NCBI RefSeq assembly: GCF_006345805.1
Contig: NW_021826424.1
Coordinates: 1-12,495, forward strand
Direction: 5' to 3'
Source: Octopus sinensis
Lineage: Eukaryota
Length of the DNA: 12,495 nucleotides
This document shows, one piece after another, positions 1 to 8,356 of the stretch. The notes under the pieces are model-generated. The model was not told the DNA's origin. It was given only the letters and a program-made list of their open reading frames with translations, and searched no databases. The first letter of the stretch is position 1. Each line of letters opens with the position of its first letter. The position numbers and the translations under genes are program-made.

Positions 1-55
1 GGCGGTAGGGGTGACGGTGGAGGTTGTAGGAATACTGGTGATGATGTTACTGTAA

Positions 56-76
56 CTGCTGCTGCTGCTGCTGCTG
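56..76. repeat. (CTG)7 microsatellite
   Basis: Seven perfect CTG units read directly. Confidence 0.95.
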
Positions 77-78
77 TT

Positions 79-195
79 TTCTTCTTCTTCTTCTTCTTCT
101 TCTTTCTTCTTCTTCTTCTTCTTCTTCTTCTTCTTCTTCTTCTTCTTCTTCTTCTTCTTCTCTTCTTCTTCTTCTTCTTCTTCTTCTTCTTCTTC
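79..195. repeat. (TTC)n microsatellite, ~39 units; (GAA)n 3' tail of the adjacent minus-strand SINE
   Basis: Near-perfect TTC run with two single-base slips (~104, ~161), abutting the SINE body at 196. Confidence 0.95.
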
Positions 196-658
196 CAATG
201 AGAACTCACGCCATTAACCACAAAGAATAATCTCTAATTCGAGCCTACTCTAAGCTACTAAGAATGCGTGTGGCAACTTGAAGATCCACCCACCACACGC
301 GATAGACTGGCGGTTGCACGGGCGCGAAAGCTACGTTGTTATCCCCTTCCGTAACGGTGGCGTTTAACGGTGGAGAGCTGACCATCCTGGGGTACAGAGG
401 ATTCGCAATCTAGACTAGGGTCTGAAAGTTTACCACACCATAGTGGGTTCCTCTGATTTGTGGCAGAAGTAGGAAGAAAGAGTGAGAAAAAGTTGTGGTT
501 AAAGAGTACAGCGGGGTTCAACACCCCTACGACCGGAGCCTCGTGGAGCTTAGGTATTTTTGCTCAATAAACACTCACAATGCCCGTCTGGGAATCGAAA
601 CTGCATTCTTACGACCGCGAGTCGTAATTTGAGCGACTGGGCCATTGCGGCTCCACTA
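81..658 (-). mobile_element. tRNA-derived SINE (head type B) with long 3' body and (GAA)n tail
   Basis: Minus-strand A-box TGGCCCAGT (636-644) and B-box GTTTCGATTCC (591-601), with a 7-bp hairpin between them (609-627). Candidate TSD CTGCTGTTTT (71-80) / CTGTTGTTTT (659-668). Confidence 0.85.
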
Positions 659-689
659 CTGTTGTTTTGTTGTTGCTGTTGTTGTTGTT
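659..689. repeat. Degenerate (GTT)n
   Basis: Read directly. Confidence 0.85.
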
Positions 690-1088
690 TAACACCATGA
701 TTGCCCTTACACAAATAGCTTTAGATCAAAAAGCATTATCACTGTGACTATGTCCTTTTTACCACACTATACTCTCTCCACCCACCCCTCTCTCTCTACA
801 TTATGTATCCGACATTTTTTAAAGATATCAGGGAATGACTTTTGTTACATTTGACCGCTTTTCTTAACGGGTCGAGGGATGCCCGTAGGTTTAGACGCTG
901 CTTTGCCTATATTATCCTATATATCCTTCACTTTTTAAAGTTATTAAGGCGTGTTTCTTGCCTGATTTGACTGCTATTTCTTGGCAAATCGAGTAACACC
1001 GTGAAGGTAAAATTAGACGCCCCTTAAAAGGTATTATATTCTTCGTATGTATGTATGTATTTCATCACGCTCCATTCTCATCGGTGTG

Positions 1089-1212
1089 TGAAGTCGCGTG
1101 GCTCAGTGGTTAGGGTGTTCGGCGCACGATCGTAAGGTCATGAGTTCAATACCCAGCGGCTTTCTCGCTCCCCTCAAAAACTAATTTTCCTGTACCAAAA
1201 TTTGAAACCATT
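1089..1212 (+). mobile_element. SINE remnant: type-B tRNA head followed by a type-A 3' tail
   Basis: A-box TGGCTCAGTGG (1099-1109) and B-box GTTCAATAC (1144-1152). 1170-1212 (CCCTCAAAA...TGTACCAAAATTTGAAACCATT) resembles the tails of the type-A copies at 7119 and 8357. Confidence 0.75.
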
Positions 1213-1230
1213 TCCTAGAGAATCCATTTG

Positions 1231-1450
1231 AAGGCGGCGAGTTGGCAGAACCGTTAGCAACCCGGGCAAAATACTTAGCGACATTTCGTTTTTCTTTACG
1301 TTCTGAGTTCAAACTCTACTGAAGACAACTTGGTCTTTAATCCTTTCGGGGTCGATAGAATAGCTACCAGTTGGACACTGAGGTCCATGTAATCAACAAG
1401 ATTTTTTTCCACAATATTTCAAGTACATATGTCTGTAGTGGAAAGGATTA
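1231..1450 (+). mobile_element. Type-A tRNA-derived SINE, full length
   Basis: Head AAGGCGGCGAGTTGGCAGAA, B-box-like GAGTTCAAA (1305-1313), core CCTTTCGGGGTCGATAGAATA, tail ...GTAGTGGAAAGGATTAT. Aligns with the copies at 3113-3343, 7119-7336 and 8357-8576. Confidence 0.9.
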
Positions 1451-1464
1451 TAAGAAAATCCACC

Positions 1465-1695
1465 ACGGCAACCAGGTGGCAGCATCCTTACCCCTGCCCG
1501 ACAAAATGCTTCGCGACATTTGTTCCAGCATTTTACGTTCTGAGCTCAAATTTTGCCCAGTTAAACATTGACTTTCATTTTTTGCGGGGGTGTTGAGAAA
1601 ACAAAGATTAGTAAAGTAGATGTCGGTGTATTATACGTTTCCTTCCTCTACGCCTCAAAATTGCCGGCCTTGTGCCGAATATAGATGTAATAATT
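1465..1695 (+). mobile_element. Type-A SINE, diverged tandem copy
   Basis: Retains GTGGCAG, CAAAATGCTT, TTACGTTCTGAGCTCAAATT and tail CCTCAAAATTGCCGGCCTTGTGCC. Confidence 0.75.
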
Positions 1696-2319
1696 AGTGA
1701 ATTGACTCTAATTTTTCAGTGCCTTAGCAAGGTTAAGATCGCTTAAGAACATAAGATTTCTGTAAATAAATAACTAAATAATAAGAATAAAATTTTCTGA
1801 AAATGTCATAAAGAATGTCACATGATGAGAATAAAAAAGAATTAATAACAGAATTAGAAGGGAAGAAGTAGAAATTATTTGAAGAAAATAGAATTTCTCG
1901 AGAGAATGTATAGGCAAAAATGCAAACAGGAAAACAATATAAGAAAAAAATACTCACACACACACAAAAAAAAAACAGAAGCCAGGTAACAGAATTTTTT
2001 TCAGCAGAAAAATAGTTTGCAGGCTGCACGCCATTAATCTGTTTAAGACACGACTATGTTGGAAAAATTGATGTTTTTCTCGCGGAATCAAGAAGTTTGA
2101 TGTCTGATTAAGGAAATTCAAATGTGATTTTTGTACGAAACAATCTAATTAACAATAAACATTGATTGGCTTACACAATGTTGCTATTAACTAATAAGAA
2201 TAAAGGTGGCAAGTTAGTAAGGAACCAGTTTGGTATATAAAGCCAATACACGGATTTCTAATTCATAAAATAAAAAAAAAAGATATAAACGTATAAACAG
2301 AGGGTGTGAAGTCGATATT

Positions 2320-2329
2320 TATATATAGT

Positions 2330-2386
<57 letters not shown>

Positions 2387-2415
2387 TATATAGATATATA
2401 TATATATATATATAT
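2320..2415. repeat. (TA)n microsatellite with interruptions
   Basis: Read directly. Confidence 0.95.
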
Positions 2416-2545
2416 TGTGGTACGAATTTTGATTCGCAACTACGTGTTTTTCTGGGTTCAGTCCCAAGAGTGGCATTCTGGCGAAGTATCTTCGAAGCCT
2501 TGGGCCGATCAAAGTTTCCTGACTAAATTTGGTGGATAGAAAACC
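2416..2545 (+). mobile_element. Type-C SINE, diverged 5' fragment
   Basis: TGTGGTA...CTGGGTTCAGTCCCA...GCCTTGGGCCGATCAAAG...TTTGGTGGATAGAAA aligns with 3458-3600 and 5244-5370. Confidence 0.75.
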
Positions 2546-2560
2546 ATATATATATATATA

Positions 2561-2690
2561 GATAAGTTTCTTTATTGGCCACACAGGGCTGCACACAGAT
2601 GGGACAAGTTACAAGGTAGAGCTTTTCTTTGGGGGAGGAAAAAAAAGGTGGCGTAGGTTTTCGATCAAAAGGGATCGTAAAAGGGAAAAA
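2561..2690 (-). mobile_element. Retroposon-like 3' end (AATAAA followed by a TA tail), possibly a truncated LINE
   Basis: Minus strand ends ...GTGGCCAATAAAGAAACTTATC(TA)n. 2567-2616 matches the SINE tail at 3113-3159 at 40 of 47 aligned positions. The LINE identity is inference. Confidence 0.5.
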
Positions 2691-2720
2691 AGAACAAAAA
2701 AAAAAAAAAAGAAAAAAGAA

Positions 2721-2727
<7 letters not shown>

Positions 2728-2782
<55 letters not shown>
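2728..2782. repeat. (GATA)13-14
   Basis: Read directly; preceded by an A-rich tract at 2681-2727. Confidence 0.97.
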
Positions 2783-2883
2783 CATGGCTACCGAATAATT
2801 GTCACATATTACATTTACAGATAAATTCCTCTATTTGCATAATATCGAGGTCTCTTTCACTCTTTTGTTGTCTTACCATTTTT

Positions 2884-2886
<3 letters not shown>

Positions 2887-2922
<36 letters not shown>
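2887..2922. repeat. (AT)18
   Basis: Read directly. Confidence 0.97.
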
Positions 2923-2924
<2 letters not shown>

Positions 2925-2960
2925 TTGATTAGAGAGCAAAAATCAGAATTCAGGCCAACG

Positions 2961-3343
2961 ACTTTTGTAGTCTAGGTACAAGGCCCGAAATTTTGGTGGG
3001 GAAGGGGCCAGTCGATTAGATCAACCACAGTACGCAACTAGTACTTATTTCATCGACTCCGAAAGGATGAAAGTCGACCTCGGCGGAATTTGAAAGACAG
3101 ACGAAATACCTATTTCTTTATTACCCACAAGGGGCTAAACACAGAGGGGACAAACAAGGACAGACATAGGTATTAAGTCGATTACATCGACCCCATGCTG
3201 GTAACTGGTACTTAATTATCGACCCCGAAAGGATGAAAGGCAAAGTCGACCTCGGCTGAATTTGAACTCACAACGTAACGCAGACGAAATACCGCTAAGC
3301 ATTTCGCCCGGCGTGCTAACGTTTCTGCCAGCTCGCCGCCTCC
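2961..3343 (-). mobile_element. Dimeric type-A SINE: full left monomer (3343-3113) plus headless right monomer (3110-2961)
   Basis: The core GAAAGGATGAA...AGTCGACCTCGGC.GAATTTGAA occurs twice (3061-3094 and 3226-3266) and GACGAAATACC occurs twice (3100-3110, 3283-3293), but only one head is present (3301-3343). Confidence 0.88.
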
Positions 3344-3457
3344 AGCATATTTATATAACCCAACGTTTCTAGACATTTCATCTTATACAAATAATACCGT
3401 GGCCTTCAACATATAAAAGAAATGCATATAGAAGCACAGAAGGTAAATAATATATAG

Positions 3458-3600
3458 GGCAGGGGTGGCTGTTGGTAAGAAGCTTGCTTACCAGCCACAT
3501 GGTTCCGGGTTCAGTCCCACTGCGTGGCACCTAGAGCAAGTGTCTTCTACTATAGCCTTGTGAGTGCATTTGGTAGACGGAAACTGAAGGAAGCTCGTCG
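3458..3600 (+). mobile_element. Type-C SINE 5' half with a 17-nt internal deletion
   Basis: GTGGCTGTTGGTAAG (A-box-like), GGGTTCAGTCCC (B-box-like), then GGTAGACGGAAACTGAA shared with the 5244-5613 copy. Confidence 0.9.
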
Positions 3601-3635
3601 TATATATATATATACATACATATATACATATATAC

Positions 3636-3682
<47 letters not shown>

Positions 3683-3799
3683 CAGACAGACAGACAGACA
3701 CAGACACACAGACACACAGACACACAGACACACAGACACACCACAGACACACACACAACACACGACAGACACACAGACAGACACACAGATAGATAGATA

Positions 3800-3878
<79 letters not shown>
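3601..3878. repeat. Compound microsatellite TA > TACA > GA > CAGA > CACAGA > GATA
   Basis: Read directly. Confidence 0.95.
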
Positions 3879-3879
<1 letters not shown>

Positions 3880-3906
3880 CATAGTCTTCACCTTTTCTCC
3901 ATGTAG

Positions 3907-4072
3907 AAAAAGAAAACCTATTTCAGCGAAGACAGCTGCCGTGACTGACTTTAATGATAATATTGGTAACACAAAATCTTCGAGCTTTAGAAATTTCTAT
4001 TTGCATTTGGAGGAGATTACTTTAAGCGAAGGTTGTTCTTTTACATACATCAAAAGACTGTGTAGATATTGA
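3907..4072 (+). other. Candidate terminal exon (54 codons then TGA), unverified
   Basis: Pyrimidine tract plus AG at 3885-3906; only one frame stays open (3908-4072); AATAAA at 4158 and 4185. No recognised protein. Confidence 0.2.
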
Positions 4073-4295
4073 AACGCAACCCTGCTTCATCCATCTTTCA
4101 AGTATGGCAGAATTGTCAAAGGATAATGTTATTGATACTCTCTCTTCCCATTCCCGTAATAAAATATCTATGAATGGAATATTAAATAAAAACTTACTAA
4201 AGAATCAAATTATTTAATGTCATGTTCTTTGGGAAAAACGTGTTCTTTTATTAGTTTATCACTCATTGGTGTCAAGGTTTATGAGAATTCTCTGG

Positions 4296-4310
4296 TATAT
4301 ATATATATAG

Positions 4311-4341
<31 letters not shown>

Positions 4342-4408
4342 CTATGCACACATACTTATATATATATATATGCGTGTATATATATATATATAATATATAT
4401 ATACACAC

Positions 4409-4440
<32 letters not shown>

Positions 4441-4621
4441 TCATATCATATATGCTTAAAAATATACATATGTATATATATATGTATGTATACACACATA
4501 TATCATATGGTATATATACATATAAAATAATGTCTATATATATAGACATATATTTTGGTTTCATATATATATATATATATATATATACATACATACATAC
4601 ATACATACATACATACATACA

Positions 4622-4657
<36 letters not shown>

Positions 4658-4770
4658 TAAATATATGCATACGTGCGTACATTTATCATATATCCACACA
4701 CAGACACACAGACACACATACACACACGTGTGCAGACACACACATATACACCCACAAACATGCATACATA
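4296..4770. repeat. Compound (TA)n/(TACA)n/(CA)n microsatellite
   Basis: Read directly; the purest TACA run is ~4585-4650. Confidence 0.95.
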
Positions 4771-5098
4771 GCTTTTAAACGGAAAGCAAATTACAAGAAA
4801 AAGGCACAGCAAAAAATTTAGTTTTAACTTGTATAAAAAGGAAAATGCCACAGGCAAAATGTCAACTTTCATTTAAATACCATTAATAATAGTTGAAATA
4901 ATGAAACCAAAATATTAAAAAATGCTTATTAAATGACAATAGTTGAAGACAATGGGAGCTCCATTTAAGTAACGGCCTTACACCCATGTGAATAAGAATT
5001 AGATATAAACAGGCATAGAGAACCGTCAGACAGACCGACAGACTGACAGACAGACAAAGAGGCATGTAGATGGATTCAGCTATCGGTAGAGAAGTATG

Positions 5099-5203
<105 letters not shown>

Positions 5204-5219
5204 GGGTGAATAGAAATTA

Positions 5220-5247
5220 TGTGTGTGTGTGTATACACACACACACA
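5220..5247. repeat. Perfect 28-bp palindrome T(GT)6AT(AC)6A
   Basis: Self-complementary about 5233/5234; strict purine-pyrimidine alternation. Confidence 0.9.
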
Positions 5248-5613
5248 CATGGTTCATAGTTCAGTTCCACTGTTTGGCACATTGGGCAAATGTCTTCTAC
5301 TTTAGCCTCGGGCCTTCCAAAGCCTTGTGAGTGGATTCGGTAGACGGAAACTGAAAGAAGCCCGTCGTATATGTATATGTATGTATGTTTGTTTTTTGTG
5401 TCTGTGTTTGTCTCCACCACCGTCGCTTGACAACCGATGCTGGTGTATTTGCATCCTCGTCACTTAGCGGTTCAGCAAAATAGACCGATAGAATAAGTAC
5501 TAGGCTTACAAATAGTAAGTTCTGCAGTCTATTTGTTCGACTAAAGGTGGTGCTCCAGCATGACCACAGTCAAATGACTGAAGCAAGTAAAATAGAAGAA
5601 TAAAAGAAAAGAA
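5244..5613 (+). mobile_element. Type-C SINE, near full length but lacking the A-box region
   Basis: 5' part aligns with 3496-3600. Short internal TA/TATG tract (~5368-5390), then 3' body, ending in an AAAAGAAT-type tail. Confidence 0.9.
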
Positions 5614-5821
5614 TATATATATATATGTAACTTTTTTTTCTTTCCATGACCATATCTTCCTCTTTTATACGAATTTAGGAAGCTTACCTGACCCGAATAG
5701 CATAATACGGCCATAATCTTTTCTGAAACACGTGTAAGATTGTCATAAAGTAATATATTACTTCGTTTTTGAATTTGGTTTGCAAGATTCCTTATGTGAG
5801 TTCATGTGTTCAAGCATATTC

Positions 5822-6110
5822 TGTTGCATCTGAGGAGAATCATTCTCTGTTAGTACCTTATAATTTAACATACTCACCGGTAAAATTTCCACTTATTTCT
5901 TATTTTTATTTCCCTAAAATTTTCGTTGCGTCTTGCAAACTTTTCAATAGTTTTGACTCTGTTAACGGACAGAGTCAAAACTATTGAAACGGAGGTTACA
6001 AGACGCAACGAAAATTTTAGAAAAATAAAAAATAAATAAGTGGAAATTTTACCGGTGAGTACGTTAAATTTTAAGGCACCAAAAGAGAATAACTCTCCCC
6101 AGACACAACA
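5822..6110. mobile_element. Foldback/MITE-like palindromic element (arms 5822-5962 and 5969-6110, 6-nt loop)
   Basis: Perfect inverted blocks of 27 bp (5871-5897/6035-6061), 22 bp (5914-5935/5999-6020) and 21 bp (5942-5962/5969-5989). The outer 59 bp align without gaps at 49/59. Ends are TGTTG...CAACA. No clean TSD, so the MITE label is inferred. Confidence 0.85.
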
Positions 6111-6600
6111 ATATATTACATATTTTATCATTTGATTTATTACTTATTACCTATTTCCTCTCGATATGTACTCTATCATTATTCTACCTGTGGAAAATAG
6201 TAAAAAAAAAACTGAAAAAAATTGGCTGTGATATCTGAGTTCGCTTTACGGTTCCCATTTTCGATGCATAAGGATAAATACTGGTTGTATGTTATGAAAT
6301 TTATAGCTGACAATACATATATAAGACATATATGAAGATATATCTTTAAATTAAAGATCCTGATGAAATGGATTATTTATCTCATTTAAATTACGTAATT
6401 CATATATCGTGGATCATATTTGTACATAGTGTGGAAACATCAGTGGACTATAATAATGAAATTTTGAAATAACATTAATTCAATCCTGTTATAAATGGGA
6501 GGAAAATAAATTGGATTTGAACGATGTGTTAAATGCTGTAGGTTTTCAGTTTGGTGTGTCTATTTTTATAGTGCTTAAACATTAATTCGGCTTATTAAAT

Positions 6601-6846
6601 ATGTGTATATATTTGTATGTATATGTGTATGTACATCTGCATGTATGTATGTATGTATGTATGTATGTATGTATGTATGTATGTATGTATGTATGTATAT
6701 ACTATGTATGTATATATAAATGTATGTATGCATGTTTGTGTGTATGTATGTATGTATATGTCTGTCTGTGTCTGAGTGTACGTACGTGTGTGTGTGTGTG
6801 TGTGCATTGTTTTAATGTGTGTGTGCATGTGTGTGTCTATCTGTCT
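6601..6846. repeat. (TATG)n/(TG)n compound microsatellite
   Basis: Read directly. Confidence 0.95.
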
Positions 6847-6859
6847 GTGAGGACTTATT

Positions 6860-6937
6860 CGGAGCTTCTGGCTTTCAAAGACCATTCGCAAGGCATTGGT
6901 GAATTTTAGGCCATCATAGACGATGCTTACACAAGGT
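6860..6937 (-). mobile_element. Old type-C SINE fragment
   Basis: CATTCGCAAGGCATTGGT and AGGCCATCATAGACGATGCTTACACAAGGT resemble the reverse complement of the type-C body at 5275-5335. Confidence 0.5.
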
Positions 6938-7025
6938 ACATCACCGGAAGATTCCCCTCAGAAGCACATGAAGGCCTGAGGCCAAGCCACAGCAACAATA
7001 AAAAACAAATATTTTTGTACTAAAT

Positions 7026-7102
7026 CTGGTACTAATTTTATCGAATCTGGGTGTATGAAACTGGAAATTTGACAGCAAGTACATGTGAACATTAGAAGTA
7101 AA
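7026..7102 (-). mobile_element. Old type-A SINE core fragment
   Basis: CTGGTACTAATTTTATCGA closely resembles 3205-3222; the downstream part is weaker. Confidence 0.55.
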
Positions 7103-7118
7103 ACAAAGAATCTAAGAA

Positions 7119-7336
7119 CGATTTCAAATTTCAACAAAAGGCCAGTGGTTTTGAGGGCGGGATAAGCCTATTACATCGATTCAGTGCTCAGCTAGAACTT
7201 ATTTTATCAACCGCGAAACGATAAAAGGTTAAGTCAAACTCAGCGGAATTTGAACTCAGAACGTAAAGACGGACGAAACGTCGATAAACAAAGCATTTTG
7301 CCCGGCGTGCTAAAGCTTCTGCCAACTCGCCACCTT
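7119..7336 (-). mobile_element. Type-A SINE, full length
   Basis: Head-to-tail alignment with the other type-A copies. Candidate degenerate TSD 7102-7118 / 7337-7353 (13/17, AT-rich). Confidence 0.9.
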
Positions 7337-7509
7337 AACAAAAGATTTAATAATGCTACAAAATACCATTCCCTGGTATTTTTGACCTAGCCTTTGGGGA
7401 CTAATTCCTCAACGTTTATGTTGATGAATGCGTATAATTATCCAATTATATTCCTCTGTAATATAACTATTTCGATTACGTTTCTATCTCCTTTATAGTA
7501 CAAACCAAT

Positions 7510-8015
7510 GGGATGGATGTTCGACTCGGTGGTGGTTCTACATTGTCGATTGACATGGGAGATAACAAGAAAATGGCTAAAACACCTTCCTGGGTCATAT
7601 AGTCTCATAATGCCAGTTTCCAGGTTTTGTAATGTGTATTTTCTCCACTGGACTAGACATCGTTCCGTCGCAGAATTTTTCATCTTTGCTCGTTGCTTGG
7701 ACTGGAATAACGTGAAATGAAGTGTTGCTCTGAAGAATGCAAAGCACCGTCTGGTTCAAGAAACGAAACTACAATCTTACGATCTAAAGTCCGACACCCT
7801 AATCACTAAACCACGTTTCCACTACATGGTGGAAACAGCAACTAAGTATCCCTCTTAAAAATCACGGCATACCGTCTTAAAAAGGAGACGTGAAGTAATG
7901 TGGACGTTGGTTCTTAGTACATAGGAAAAAGTCGTGGGGTTCACAGCTAGAATGCATTTGATCAAAAGTCTGCTCGTTCACAGTTGATGTTATTGCTGAA
8001 AAACAAGGACAACAA
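7510..8015 (+). mobile_element. Type-D repeat (5'-truncated, CAA-type tail), split by the insertion at 7559-7823
   Basis: 7824-8015 resembles an octopod SINE 3' body as I recall it (…GAATGCATTTGATCAAAAGTCTGCTC…AAACAAGGACAACAA). A weak related fragment lies at 964-992 (minus). The left boundary is uncertain. Confidence 0.5.
7559..7823 (-). mobile_element. tRNA-derived SINE (head type B) with a V-domain-like central motif
   Basis: Minus-strand head GGAAACGTGGTTTAGTGATTAGGGTGTCGG...GTAGTTTCGTTTC and central CTGCGACGGAACGATGTCTAGTCCAG (7648-7673). Flanked by ACATGG at 7553-7558 and 7824-7829. Confidence 0.75.
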
Positions 8016-8036
8016 GTGAATAATGTCAATAAGTAA

Positions 8037-8056
8037 ACACACACACACACACACAC
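8037..8056. repeat. (AC)10
   Basis: Read directly. Confidence 0.95.
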
Positions 8057-8080
8057 CTCATTATTTTTGGAGAAGCACCA

Positions 8081-8150
8081 TAGGGTCGATTAGAGCGACC
8101 CTAGCACTAGAAAAGCAAAATTGACCTCAACGGGGGATTTTAAACGCAGT
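8081..8150 (-). mobile_element. Internally deleted type-A SINE fragment
   Basis: GGTCGATTAGAGCGACCC is joined to GAAAAGCAAAATTGACCTCAACGG; the intervening core is missing compared with 3177-3266. Confidence 0.55.
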
Positions 8151-8230
8151 GAGTAAGAAGGCTAAATTACATCCCTCAAGTGCATTTTGTTCGATCCTAA
8201 TTCTTATACGAATCCAACACCATAACGATT

Positions 8231-8273
8231 CAGTAGTAGAAGCAGCAGCAGCATCAGTAGCAGTAGCAGTACC

Positions 8274-8310
<37 letters not shown>

Positions 8311-8340
8311 ATAGTAGTAGTAGTAGTAGTAGTAGTAGTA
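8231..8340. repeat. (GCA)n grading into (GTA)n
   Basis: Read directly. Confidence 0.95.
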
Positions 8341-8356
8341 TTTGTAGATAACAAAA

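Noticed and set aside
1089-1160. tRNA gene (also 585-654 and 7750-7820)
   Set aside because: A and B boxes are present, but I could not build a full cloverleaf with an acceptor stem, and there is no Pol III terminator; these are SINE heads.
1815-1955. E/K-rich decayed reading frame (MSHDENKKELITELEGKK*KLFEENRISRENV*...)
   Set aside because: It has two internal stops and no recognisable motif; the A-rich composition alone explains the K/E/N bias.
5822-6110. Firm assignment of the foldback element to Ginger, piggyBac or Tc1/mariner
   Set aside because: The ends fit TGTNR, but no matching 4-5 bp, TTAA or TA target-site duplication flanks them.
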